A stretch of 64,000 nt of DNA from Camelus dromedarius (Eukaryota). Position 1 is the stretch's first letter; every line of letters starts with the position of its first letter. Shown here one piece after another: positions 51,749-64,000 of the stretch. Location: the NCBI RefSeq assembly GCF_036321535.1, contig NC_087436.1:12772001-12836000 (forward strand), read 5' to 3'. The position numbers and the translations under genes were made by a program. The notes below the pieces were generated by a model. That model was not told the origin of the DNA. It saw only the letters and a program-made list of their open reading frames with translations, and did no database searches.

Positions 51749-52589
51749 GATTTCAGCAGTTTATGCAAATATCCTTTTTCTGTTCCAGGATCTTACCCAG
51801 GATACAGCATGATGCTTAGTTGTTACATCTCCTTAGTCAGCTTTGGTAACAGTTTCTTAGTCTATCCCTGTTTTTCATGACCTTGACTGTTTAGAGAAGT
51901 ATATTCTGGTATACTGGGCAAGTATGTTAAAATGTCCCTCAGTTTGCATTTCTGTGCTGTTATGCTCAATGATTTTTTGTTGAATTTTATCTAAGCAAAA
52001 TTTTACCCAAATGCCTTCCTTAAATTGCCTTGGTTTTACTACAGAATTGTCTATTAAAAATAGGTTTCAAACAGAATCACAGAGAATTAAATGGATCTTG
52101 GTAATTACCAAGTAATACCACAAGGTAATACCACATACTTTTCATATGATTCTTTGCTGTGGAATATCTAAATACCTTACAGAGACTATTTCCCAAGATC
52201 ACAATACATCACTATTACATAAATACCAATTGATCAGATTTGCTAATCTTTAAGAACCACAGTGAAACCAGCAGAGAAGTGTGCCAAAGTAAATGGATTT
52301 AAGATCTGCGACATTAGAATGAACTTCTATTGTTGACATATTGTGGATATTAATACATCACTTGATTTTTCATCTTCATAATGATTTTACTTTTAAAAAA
52401 TAGCATTTATACTTTAATACATGTTCAACACAAGTACTGATAAATCCAGAAAAATTTAGGAAAGCACATTATAAGTAAAATCAATTTATCTTGAAAAATG
52501 AATTCTTTCATTGGTAATGCAGTTAAAAACAAAAAGAAATAAAGCAGAAGGAAAAACCCAAGAACCTCACTTTCACCTCTCTCTCTATC

Positions 52590-52645
52590 ACAAACGCACA
52601 CACACACACACATCACACACACACACACATCACACACTCACACAT
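52590..52645. repeat. Interrupted (CA)n microsatellite
   Basis: Directly visible. Confidence 0.9.
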
Positions 52646-53724
52646 AACTATTTAGTGGAAACGTGATTAAAAGTGCTTAAGTAAAAGGCCACAAAAATTG
52701 TACATAAGGATAAAAAAAAGAGAATGATTTTTCTATTAATTGAAACACCACAGAATTTAATTCCAAAAATGCTAAAAAATTATTCAATTACATGGCAATT
52801 AACCTGGGGATAGCTTAGTTATCAGAAATAAAGCAGATTTCTTTCCTGATGAAGGAGATTAAAGAGAAGTGCTGTGTGATAGGATCAGGAAAGACTGAAA
52901 AACTTTTTTTTTCCCTCCTCACTTTCCTAAGCACAGTTCAGAATTATTTCTGCGTTTTTAAGGGAATACACAGAATTGTCCATCTTCTTTCCACAGCTAC
53001 AGTGTCCAGGGAACCCATCTCGAGTCAAGGCACTGATGAGTTCTGAAAGTAAAAATCCTGTTAGTCACTCTCAGCTAGATCATCATACTAACTCATTCAC
53101 CTTTCACCGTAAGCAGATTGGTTAAAAACAAACTTTTGTAATACTTTGGAAATGCAGGAAACAAGTAGAGACAATAAGAGACACAAAGCTAAGTAGCCTT
53201 GCCAGTGTTTTCCAGTGAATCTTTTACAGATCAGTCACCGCTGTAAAAACCTGAGGCAGAGGCCCTGAAAGAGTATTGTAAGTGTCAGAACTGCCTACAT
53301 TTTGATAATTTAGGCATTTCAAAACTGAGAAATTAATTTTGGCACTTTCCAATGGTGCATGCAGTATCACTTTAATAAAATATTTCCTATCAAAATACCA
53401 TTATCTTCTTGTTATTAGGACAATGAATCTGTATATTTGTTATATAATAAATACATATTTATTCATATACAATAATATACAATAATATATACATTGTATA
53501 TTTTATTTATATAAAAATGCATATTCATATAGATTTTAAGTCAAAAGACACAGTGAGTATTTTCCAAAAACATCTTTCATTTTTAGACCTGAATTAAATC
53601 TGATATTTTAAGGAACATTTTACACAAAATGTAACAGAAAGCAAAGCAAAAATAGTATTTCACTCTCTGCTCTATTTAAAAAAGTACTTTGAACTTACCT
53701 CACAGAATCTTCTTCATTGTTTTG

Positions 53725-53805
53725 TATTAGCTTAAACCATATGAAATTGCAGACATCCATCATTTTGATCTACAAAAATGGCAATTTTATATGGTTTAAC
53801 TTCTT
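53725..53805. mobile_element. MADE2-like mariner MITE (~80-bp palindrome)
   Basis: Inverted arms ttaaaccatatgaaattgc / gcaattttatatggtttaa. Confidence 0.75.
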
Positions 53806-53999
53806 AGCTGCATACGTATTTATTTGCTCCCCAATTATAAGTAACTTGAATGTACAAACTATCCATTATTTGCCTTTCTCTCTCAAGGACATAGCATGCA
53901 GGACTGACAAACAGACACAAAATAAATGCCTGTTGTAGTCGAACAAATGAATAAGCGAGTAAACAGTCCTCAGAATTCAATACATTTAAAATAAATTGG

Positions 54000-54258
54000 A
54001 AAGGGGGTGGGGAGGAATATATTGGGAGTTTGGGATTTGTAGATATGAACTACTATATATAAAATAGATAAACAAAAAGGTCCTACTGTATGGAACAGGG
54101 AACTATGTTCAATACCTTGTCATAGCCTATAAGTGAAAAAGAATATGAAAAGGAACATATAGATATATGTATGAATGAATCACGATGCTACACACCAGAA
54201 ATTAACACAACATTCTAAATCCACTATACTTCAATAAAACAAACAAATGAACAAAAAA
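54000..54258 (+). mobile_element. L1 3' end fragment
   Basis: L1 3' UTR with an aataaa tail. Confidence 0.85.
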
Positions 54259-54819
54259 ATGAGTTATTAAAGAAAGGGATGTTCTCCAATGCTCCTGGTA
54301 TGTAGCCGTGGGAAGGTCAAATATCCCATTTAAAAGAAAACTGAGGGTTATTTTGTTTTTTGGGGGTTTTTTTTTGTATTTTTAAGTTATGTTTACTCAG
54401 TGGCAAATATTTAGAAGACTGGCTACACATTTCGCTCTCATGTGTAAGTTTTGACGTGTAGATTCAGTTTAAAAGTGAAGCATAATTACAGCTACAGAAA
54501 CTCTATTCTTTTTACATACATTATATATCATATAAATAAAAGCTATTCCAGTCCTGCCAGATGTGATGGCATAAGAAACATGTGAATCCTTGCATTTAAA
54601 GACTTGTAATTTGTGGAAAATTATATTAATTTCAAGGGATAAATGCATGAAACACTTCTCTTAGTAGAGCTAAAGAAAACAGGATATAGTCATCTCTGGG
54701 GAAAAAATGTAATTCACAGAGGTTATGGTTTAAGAAACGGAAAAATTCTCAATTTCTTTCTGTTTTTACATTTGCAAAGATATCCTTATTATCACATGCT
54801 TTAAAAAATGATACTCCTG

Positions 54820-55239
54820 CAAAAATATACAGTGATGAAAAGACAGTCTCTTCAGCAAGCAGTGTTGGGAAAGCTGGACACTCACATGTAAATCAGAGAA
54901 GTAAAACACTCCTTCACAACATACACAGAAATAAACTCAAACTGGCTTAAAGATTTAAACAAAAGACAAGACTCTATAAACCTCCCAGAAGAAAGCATAG
55001 ACAAAGCATTCTCTGACATAAATCTTAGCAATGTTCTCCTAGAGCAGTCTACCCAAGCAATGGAAATAGAAGCAAAAATAAGTAAATGGCACCTAATTAA
55101 ACTTATAAGCTTTTGCACAGCAAAGGGAACCATAAGCAAAACAAAATGACAACCTACAGAATGGGAGAAAATATTTGCAAGTGATGCAACTGACAAAGGC
55201 TTAATTTCCAGAATATACAAACAGCTCATACACCTTAAT

Positions 55240-55270
<31 letters not shown>

Positions 55271-56397
55271 ACAAAACAAACAACCCAATCTAAAAATGGG
55301 CAGAAGACCTAAATAAGCAATTCTCCAATGAAGACATGCAAATGGCTAACAGGCACATAAAAGAATGCTAAATATCACTAATGATCAGAGAAATGTAAAT
55401 CAAAACTAGTGAGGTATCACCTCACAGCAGTCAGAATGGTCATCATTCAAAAGTCCACAAATGATTAATGTGGGAGAGGGTGTGGAGAACAGGGAACCCT
55501 CCTACACTGTTGATGGGAATGTAAATTGGTACAGCCACGATGGAAAACAGTATATAGATTTCTTAAAAACCTAAAAATAGACTGAAAATATGATCCAGCA
55601 ATCCCATTCCTGGGCATATATCCAGAGGGAATTCTAATTTGAAAAGACGCATGCACCCCAGTGTTCATAGCAGCACTATTTACAATAGCCAAGGCATGGA
55701 AACAACCTAAATGTCCATTGACAGATGACTGGATAAAGAAGTTTTGGTATATGTATACAATGAAATACTATTCAGCCATAAAGAAGAATAAAATAATGCC
55801 AGTGCAGCAATATGGATGGACCTGGAAATTGTCATTCTAAGTGAAGAAAGCTAGAAAGAAAAAGAAAAATACCATATTATATCACTCATATGTGGAATAA
55901 AAAAGAGAGAGAGAGACAAATGAACTTATTTACAACACAGAAACAAACTCACAGACATAGAAAACAAACTTATGGTTGCCAGGGAGGAAAGAGGGTGGGG
56001 AGGGATAAATTGAGTTTTTGAGATTTGCAGACATTAACCACTATACATAAAATAGACAAACAACAAGTTTCTACTGTATAGCACAGGGAACCATATTCAA
56101 TATAGTAGTAACCTATAATGAAAAAGAATATGAAAAGGAATGTATGTATGTATATGTATGACTGAACCATTATGTTGCACACCAGAAACTGACACAACAT
56201 TGTAAATGGACTATTCTTTGATAAAAAAAATTTTAAACCAAAATTATGATACCCCTTTAATTTGTACAGCACAAGGAATACAGCCAATATTTTATAGTAA
56301 CTGTAAATGGAATATAACCTTAAGAAATTGTGAGTCACTATGTTGTAAACCTGAAATTTGTATTATATTGTACATCAACTACACCTCAATTAAAAAA
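54820..56397 (+). mobile_element. 5'-truncated L1 (degenerate ORF2 C-terminus and 3' UTR) with an extra 3' segment
   Basis: KDSLFSKQCWESW..INSNWLKDLN relic; internal (AAC)n; TSD aaaaaatgatactcctg/aaaaaatgatattcctg. Confidence 0.9.
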
Positions 56398-57785
56398 TGA
56401 TATTCCTGGTATTATTTGTTGCCTATTCATCTGCATGGCTTTCTGTCTAAACAAAACCTACTTTACAGCTTGTAAGAAAGCTTGTTGGGGAGGTAAGGAG
56501 CCCAGCCTGGTGCTCATTCTTTCAGTGCCTGGTTGGGGAATTCCGGGACTGAAGAGAGACCATGGGAATTTTCTATTTAAGGGCATTGGAACATTCTAGA
56601 AACAATAAAAGCTGCCATTTCTGGGGTTTGTAATGTGCCTATCAAACATGTTACATATCCTCACACTTTACATAATCCTTCCAATAACCCTGCAAGATAA
56701 ATATTGTCATCCCCATGTTACAGGTAAGTCAGATGGTTCAGAGAATTTAGCTTGTCCATGTCACTTAGCTGGAACGCAGACTTCAGTCTCTGAGAAGCCT
56801 GTTGTCCTTCCACAATATCGTGCTGCCCTTGTGACAGCCTTCCATTCCTCCCACAGACACTTCCTAGTACTCCCTCTGCACCTGTCCTTGTACTAGGCGG
56901 TGTGTCTCAGGTTCATGAAACTTAGTGTGGGAGAGACAGAAAATAAACAAGTAACTTTCCAATATGTATTGTCCAGGAACAGAGAGTGCCTGGTGGCACC
57001 TGACATGGCACCAGAGTGGTGGCATCCAGTCAAATTGCTTTCTGTTAACTGACTCTCAGTTAGATCATGGCCAGCTAAGTCACCTGAAGCTCACCCACAT
57101 ACCACGTTTGCCCCCAAGAAGGGTGCTTCCTCTGGGCAGAAAAAGACCTCTGGGGAAGGCAGCCTCGGATTCCTGTACATTCCTGGCATTTTGCTAGTTC
57201 ATCCACTGTAGACATGTGTAACCCAGCTTCCCATGGAATTCATTGCCCTCCAGAACCTGGATCAGAATCTAGGGCTCTCTCTGAGCTTGGCAGCTGCCTT
57301 CAGAAATCCAAGAAAGCCACATCAGAAGTGAGTTTGATCAGACAAAGACCCCCCAAGGACGAAGCACTGCAGGAGGACGCTGCCTTGTACCAGGCCTCTC
57401 CTCCGTTACAGCAAGCTTCACATGCCCACCGAGCCTGAGGAGACGGGGGCCCAGGTTCACATCAGCAGAGCCCACCCATGCCTTCTTGCTCAGTGAAAGC
57501 CCACAGCTCTTGGGGAGAATGTAGAGACCAATAAAACATGTCAATCTCAAGTTTATGACCCAGTGGAGGAGACGGACAACATTCCTGCGATGCTAAGCGC
57601 TGTGAGTGGTACATGGTCTAAGGAAATACGAAAGAAAAAGAGATTGCTTTCAACGGGAGACATGAAATTGGCACTATGTTGAGTGTCTAACAAAGTGCCC
57701 AGCACTTAGTAAACACTCAATAAATTTTGGCTGCTATACAATGATCAGGGTTGGCATCACACAGGAAGTGGAAGTTGAGGCAAAG

Positions 57786-57975
57786 TAGAGTTGTCAGACA
57801 AATTACAGGATGTCCTGTTAAATATGCATTTCAGATAAAAAACAACTTTTTTGTATTGAGTAGGCCCCGTATATTACATCGGTCTTATTTACACTAAAAT
57901 ATGTTTGCTGTTTATCTGACTTGCACATTTAACTGGCCATTCTGGGTTTTTTAATTTACTAAATTGGGCAACTCA
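57786..57975. mobile_element. MER53-like MITE
   Basis: Termini agagttgtcaga...gggcaact; internal gcatttcagataaa. Confidence 0.65.
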
Positions 57976-58579
57976 GCCAAGAAAATGTGATGTGGAGATG
58001 AAGAACAGGGAAGGTAAATTAGCAGGGCTGAGGCCATAGAAACTCAAAAGAAATGGTATTTTCCATGGCACTTCATTCCCCAACAATTGCTAACACTTAC
58101 TGAGTACTTACTATGAGGCAATCACTGCTCTGAGGGCTTTACAAGGATTAACTCATTTATTCTTCATAAAAACATGTGCAGTCGGTTAGCATTATATCCA
58201 TTTTAAAAATAAGACATAAAGAAGCAATTTGTCCAAAAGCAGAGCTGGGATGTGATGTAGCTGGGGTTATGAACCTAGGAAGTTTGGCTCTTCCATTCTA
58301 TCTTAACCTTCATCGAAGTCCTCCATCCTGTCTTAACCATTTTGGATGGAGGAGAATAATCTTTTCACGGTAAGCTTATAGGAGACTTTCAGGGTCAGCC
58401 CGTCACCACAGTCAGTTTTCAAAAGTCAGGTCATCCAATCATAATTCCTGCACAAAGTGAAATCTCAGTTGTCAAAACTCTGCTTCACGGTGGGCTATAG
58501 CCAGCCTGCCTCTATATTCCTCCTACTGTTCAAGTAGAAAGAGGTCCTCCTTTGTTCCCCTTTGCCTTCCCAAAGTCAC

Positions 58580-58857
58580 CCTGTTCCTGGAATGTGGAAT
58601 CTTCCCCTAACTGCTGCTCCCTTTCCAACAGCTTATCGGAAGCAAACAAGCTTGGGGAATTGAGCAAGAACTTCCGGGACACCAACCTTACAGAAGGAGC
58701 AAGGGATGCAGAGTGCATGTTGACTGTCCAAATGGGACAAAGATAATGATTAATCAAACCTCCTGCAGATTTAAATGGGATGGGAACTCAGAGTGGAGCA
58801 GTCCTCCTTTCTTTCAGCTGGAGTGCTCCTCTGGAGCCAGCCCCACCCTCGGCAAAG
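58580..58857 (+). promoter_or_regulatory. FGA proximal promoter and 5'UTR
   Basis: STAT palindrome TTCCTGGAA 58584-58592, C/EBP-like ttgagcaag ~58660, HNF1-like gataatgattaat 58742-58754, TATA-like atttaaa ~58769. Confidence 0.75.
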
Positions 58858-58911
58858 ATGTTTTCCGTGAGGATCTTCTGCCTGGTCCTGAGTGTGGTGG
58901 GCACAGTTCAG
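58858..58911 (+). CDS. FGA: Fibrinogen alpha chain, coding exon 1 (MFSVRIFCLVLSVVGTVQ)
   Basis: FGA-like signal peptide; CAG|gtatgg donor. Confidence 0.97.
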
Positions 58912-60815
58912 GTATGGCCTCCTTTATTTCCTCTTCTGGTTTTCTCTCTGGAGTTTATTCCACCATGAGCTTTCAGCTCTGCGTCAGCTGTGTTCACATT
59001 CTCACACACGGTTGGCTTTATAAGCTCATGGAAGCAAATTCCTAGATGGGCCTGAAGCTGCAACTCAAGGGTGCAGGGTAACGTGACCCTAAGAGGGAGA
59101 CTTAGCTAGACCAAAGCGTATAAATCCAGAGGGGAAGCAGCTACAACTGTAGCTTACTTTTGCAGCTTTTTTTTTTTCAAAGAGAAGAAATATTTCCCAC
59201 CTTTGTTGCTGCAAAGCCTTGCGATAGTTAATGCTAGTTAATAGAACACTCATATGATAAGAACTGTTCAATCGAATTGTTAATTTACTGCTATTTGTTC
59301 ATAATAAGCAGAGCAGTGGTTTAATGTAGTTTTCCTTGAAGATTGTTTTTGTGTTTCTTTAAGACAAAAAAAAAAAGCAGATTAGTTATCTTTGAAAACA
59401 TACTACATAGAAAAATCAGAAGAGTAATTGATAAGGCAATATGTTTTGGAGAAGCAACTGTGTTCTTTTAAGATCATAATCAATTATTGCAATAATTCCT
59501 GAAGTTTGGCTCCAGAGACCTAGACAAAAGAAGAGAAACTTCATTCAACAAGACTTTTGAAACACTTCAATTTTATAAAAACATGATAAATATGTTCCAG
59601 AAACTCAGTTACTTCCAGGCTGTGAATTATTCCAGTTTACTTTTTTCCATTTACCACTTATAAACCCTAATACCAGAGCAGGAGAAACTAAAGTGTTTCT
59701 AAAGTAATTTTCTCCCTTATAGGAAATAATAAGTAAACATTTTTATGGGAGATAAAACTAACATAATTTGCTACAGTGATATTTTGCATAATGCGTAAGT
59801 TTCACTTATTTCTCCCTATTGGCATAAATATTTAATTTTTGCCTGTTTATCTTATTGTGCCATTTTATTCCAATATTCAAATTTATAATTTTATTTCTTA
59901 TACAAAAAAATTATATTTGTTCCTTTAAATAAATTGTTCTTGATTGCTTAAATTAATATTACTATTTTTGGGGTATTTTTTTAAATGAGACAGAAAATGT
60001 TAACTGATTATAAGAGTACACTGAGATTAAAATAGTCATAGTAATTCTTATAAATTGGTGGTACAAAATAAACAGAGCTAAAACCTAAAAGCCACATTGA
60101 TTTATTAGGATATAAAGCCTTGTTGGAAGAATATTTATATATCCTACTTCACTCAAAGATCAAAATAGATTTTTTTTAATCTGTGTTTCTAATTATAAGG
60201 TGTTCAAAAAAAAGTTGTCAATTATAAACCATTATATTTGCTTTCAGTGTACTTTTTTTCATTTCAAGTAGAAAGAAATTATTACTGGAGTGAGTAACCC
60301 AAAAAGCATTTCTGAGTCTGAATTGGCCACATTTGTGTCCTAAGTGTAAACCGGCTCAATTTATGAGCCCATAAAATTCCTAGTAAAAGGTATTGCTCCT
60401 TGAAGGACTGATAGAGCTTAAGCTAAGATGCTGCAGGATTTTTTTCTACTGAAACAGGAATTAGAGGAGAAAGAACTCTGAGTTTTTTAATGATTTATCT
60501 CCAGACATGAACGAAAATATAAACATAAATTTTAACTTTCTGGATTCAAATAATTTTCCTTTTATAATGGATCCTTTAAAATTCCTCACATTTATTAAAT
60601 GCTTGTTTAGTGTCGGACATAGTTAAGAAATTCGTACACCCATCTCCTTTAATCTCACAACTCCACAAAATGGGCATTAGGATTTTCATTCCAAAGCTAA
60701 GAAAGCTGAAGCTTGCAGAGCACCTTGGGTCCCTTGCTGTAGGTTTACAGGCAGGCCATTCTCCTCACCTGCTTACAGACGCTTTCTTTTTGTGTGTATT
60801 TATGAATCCTTAAAG

Positions 60816-60947
60816 ACTACAGATCCTGATGCTGATGAAGGTGAATTTCTGGCTGAAGGAGGAGGTGTGCGTGGCCCAAGACTCGTGGAAAGACCCCAAT
60901 CTGTCTGCAAAGAGACGGACTGGCCCTTCTGTTCTGATGAAGACTGG
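60816..60947 (+). CDS. FGA: FGA exon 2 (fibrinopeptide A, thrombin site R|GPR, ...CSDEDW)
   Basis: taaag| and |gtgagc; [21 protein letters not shown]. Confidence 0.98.
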
Positions 60948-61412
60948 GTGAGCAGCTGGCATGGGGAGGGGGCAATCCTCGCCTGTGCTGCTGGCAGCGC
61001 ACGCAGGCTAACCCCCTAGGTCACAGAAAACTCGTCCACTGAGAAATCATCTCATAGCTCCACATGCATCAAATTAAAGAAGACAAATGGGAAGGAACCT
61101 AGTCTTGAGAGCACTACGTAAATTACCTCTCGGACTCTGGGTCACTGGTGGGATGAACAGATCAGATTTACTTGCTTGTTCTGGCCAGTCCTAGGAACCT
61201 GAGTATCATGGCCTCAGGATTTCATGGGGCCTAAATACCCTCATTCCAGAGTTTCTCTATCAACTCTGACTAGCCCTCTTAAATGATTTTTAGGTCAAGA
61301 GATGATCTGAAGAGACTGGGGAGGAGGGCAGTAGGGGGTGCGTGGAAACCTTCAAAATTGTACTGGATCCAAGAGATAGACCCTTACCATAATCTTTCCT
61401 TTTTGCTTTCAG

Positions 61413-61596
61413 AACTCCAAATGTCCTTCCGGCTGCAGGATGAAGGGGCTGATTGATGAAGTCAATCAAGACTTTACAAACAGAATAAACAAACTGAAAA
61501 ACTCACTCTTTGATTATCAGAAGAACAATAAGGACGCTAACACACTGACCCGGGACATCATGGACCTTCTGAGAGGCGATTTCGCCAAAGACAACA
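61413..61596 (+). CDS. FGA: FGA exon 3 ([16 protein letters not shown]...LRGDFAKDN)
   Basis: tttcag| and |gtaagt; CPSGC ring; RGDF at 61572-61583. Confidence 0.98.
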
Positions 61597-62676
61597 GTAA
61601 GTCGCGCAGTGGGTGCCTTGACTTCATAGCGCACGGCAAACGGCAACAACAAAAAGCAGAAACAAATACGATGTCTCTGTAGAGCAGCAGTGACCCCATT
61701 CCAGAGCACTTCGTGTAGAAACACACACCTTTATGACATTCCTGAACTTTAGAGACGGTTTTGTCATTTTCACCAGGTGCAAGAAGGTAGCTTAGAATTG
61801 GTTTAAGGTCACAAAGTAAGTCAGAATTTTGGGTTAAAGACTAGAATTTAAGTGTGTTCTTAAGAATAGATAGTGAAAATAAGATGGGCCCAGCCTTTTA
61901 AGCAGACATTTTTGTCTGTGTCTTAGAGAGGAGGAAACTGAGAGGGCAAGGGACTTGCCCAAAGGCACGGAGCTATCACGTGGTGGGGCTGGGAGTGCAG
62001 CTCAGAGACTCCACTGAGCTAATTATGAGGGATTTTTTTTTAAATTTATTTAAAATATAGAGCCATATTATTTTTCTCATATCCTTTGAACTAAGTCTCA
62101 TTAGGACTAGGAAACACTGGATTTGCCCTGGACAGGGCACCAAGTTTAGTGAAGCCCCAGCTCCTGAATCCTTACTTTGACTCTTTCTATACTTGGGAGG
62201 CACTTGACTAAAGTTAATGGTGCGAGAGTAACTGGCAAGGGAGTGATCCTGTTGACCTAAAGAAAGCTCAGGAACAATTTCAGCTCTAGAGCTGGGAAGA
62301 AAACCTTCTCAGTAAGACAATCTAAGAATATATTCACGTCCCCTGATTAAGGCTATAATGGAATAATTGGAATGTGATCAAAGTAATTGTCTTATCTCCT
62401 AATCAAACCTTTAAAATTTGAAAGACACTTCTGCATTTATTTGGATTACTAATTGTTAGGAGGGCAATCTTAATTGGTATTCATGAATGACTGCAGGATA
62501 TAACATTGGCCAAGTATCAAATGCCTAAGAGATTTGGAACTCACAAATTAAAAGTTCAGAGAACAAATTATTATAGAAGTAAAATGGGGAATATCTACCA
62601 GTAAATTTCTTTCTTTTGCTGGCTATTGCAAAGGATCACTCAACAGCAACTTCAACATCCTTATGTGCTATTTCAG

Positions 62677-62822
62677 ACAATGATAATACGTACAGCCAAG
62701 TGTCAGAAGATCTGAGAAGCAAAATTGAGATCCTGAAGCGCAAAGTCATAGAACAAGTACAGCATATCCACCTTCTACAGAAAAATGTCAGGGATCAGCT
62801 GATAGATATGAAACGACTGGAG
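62677..62822 (+). CDS. FGA: FGA exon 4 ([23 protein letters not shown]...DMKRLE)
   Basis: tttcag| and |gtaagt; ORF 62616-62918. Confidence 0.98.
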
Positions 62823-63427
62823 GTAAGTAACTTGGAGGCTCTCACCACAGATTTTCTTGGTTTTGAACAGCAGATAAAGGAAGGCAATAGTCATTCATTA
62901 AATGCCTCCTATGGGTAGAGCAAAGTGTTACAGCTATCATCTACCTACAAAGTAGGTATTATTTCCCCGACTCTGTGGATGAAGAAGAAAGCTCAGAGAT
63001 ACTCAGTCAATTTCCCAAGGGCACATAAGATAGGAAATTTCATAAGCAAATATTCAGTTCCTCTTGTCTTATTCCAGCCTTGCTTGACCCTGACATTGAG
63101 GTGCCTCTGAGTCTTCAGCCTCAGTCTTACTGAGGATCCTGTCATTAGTGTTTCTTTTCAGAGGGAAGGCCACCTTACTCTTGATCTAGCCTAGGATAAA
63201 TCCTAGTAGCTCCCACTACTTATCCTGGCTAGCCTTACAGTACCCAACATCTCTTCCACTGAAGATACCACATTAATGGAAAATGCAGTATGGGTTAATA
63301 GGTCTCCAAGTCAAAGAAATGAAACTGGTTCCCCCAAAATAAGCGAACTCCTAAGAACTCAATAGACAGAGTTTACTTATTTATAGCTACCATTTTTTTT
63401 TCTTTATCTCTCTCCCCCTCTCTCTAG

Positions 63428-64000
63428 GTGGACATTGATATTAAGATCCGATCTTGCAAAGGGTCATGCAGTAGGGTTTTAGAACATAAGGTAGATCTGA
63501 AGGACTATGAAGATCAGCAGAAGCAACTCGAACAGGTTATTGGCATAAACTTACTTCCCTCTAGAGACAGGCAATACTTACCACTGATAAAAATGAACCC
63601 AGTTCCAAACTTGATTCCTGGAAATTTCAAGAGCCAACTTCAGGAGGCCCCTCCAGAGTGGAAGGCACTAATGGAAACACGGCAGCTAAAAATGGTGTTA
63701 GAGAGGTCTGGTGGAGCTGGGCATGCCAGAGGGGACTCTGTACCTCATGGAGCAGGATCAGTACCAGAAAGCCCCAGGAAGCCTGGAACTGGCAGTGCTG
63801 GAAGTGTGAGCCCTGGGAGCTATGGACCCGGAAGTGCCGGCGCTTGGACCCATGGAAGTCCTGAGCCCGGAAGTGCCGGCGCTTGGACCCATGGAAGTCC
63901 TGAGCCCGGAAGTGCCGGCGCTTGGACCCATGGAAGTCCTGAGCCCGGAAGTGCCGGCGCTTGGACCCATGGAAGTCCTCAGCCCGGAAGTGCCGGCGCT
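63428..64000 (+). CDS. FGA: FGA exon 5, partial ([16 protein letters not shown]... alphaC connector repeats), runs off the window
   Basis: ctag| acceptor; open for 191 codons to the window end. Confidence 0.98.
   Translation, partial: MDIDIKIRSCKGSCSRVLEHKVDLKDYEDQQKQLEQVIGINLLPSRDRQYLPLIKMNPVPNLIPGNFKSQLQEAPPEWKALMETRQLKMVLERSGGAGHARGDSVPHGAGSVPESPRKPGTGSAGSVSPGSYGPGSAGAWTHGSPEPGSAGAWTHGSPEPGSAGAWTHGSPEPGSAGAWTHGSPQPGSAGA
63827..64000 (+). repeat. 39-bp coding tandem repeat ([13 protein letters not shown]), 4 full units plus a partial one
   Basis: Units start at 63827, 63866, 63905, 63944 and 63983; one difference (GAG>CAG). Confidence 0.97.

Noticed and set aside
54882..56338. Hydrophobic minus-strand ORFs with poly-Leu
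   Set aside because: Antisense of L1 sequence and its (AAC)n tract
63758..63970. Repetitive minus-strand ORF ([13 protein letters not shown])n
   Set aside because: Antisense reading of the FGA 39-bp repeat
63827..64000. Regular direct repeats that might suggest a CRISPR array
   Set aside because: No spacers; contiguous coding repeat in a mammalian exon

Overview
Mammalian genomic DNA, almost certainly a camel (Camelus), based on fibrinopeptide [19 protein letters not shown] and tRNA-derived Vic-1-like SINEs. The window covers part of the fibrinogen cluster. The complete FGG gene (10 coding exons, 37701-45780, with a short gamma-prime read-through) and the first five exons of FGA (58858 to the window edge) lie on the + strand. 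FGG ends in AGDI instead of the human AGDV. Its gamma-prime tail is cut to 11 aa, and an in-frame relic of the longer tail remains after the stop. The FGA alphaC connector carries nearly identical 39-bp repeats. The first ~23 kb has no long ORF but contains a chain of about 11 minus-strand exon-like blocks with splice signals, starting at a CpG island (~22.6-23.1 kb). Their damaged frames read like three C-type-lectin-like modules, an EGF-like module and helical segments, suggesting an unannotated unitary pseudogene that runs off the left edge. Four strong CTCF motifs in divergent arrangement lie upstream of FGG. The rest is L1, L2, MIR, LTR, SINE and DNA-transposon debris. FGG/FGA exon calls were checked by hand. 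Repeat family names and ends are approximate, and the pseudogene domain assignments are motif-level inference with no database search.
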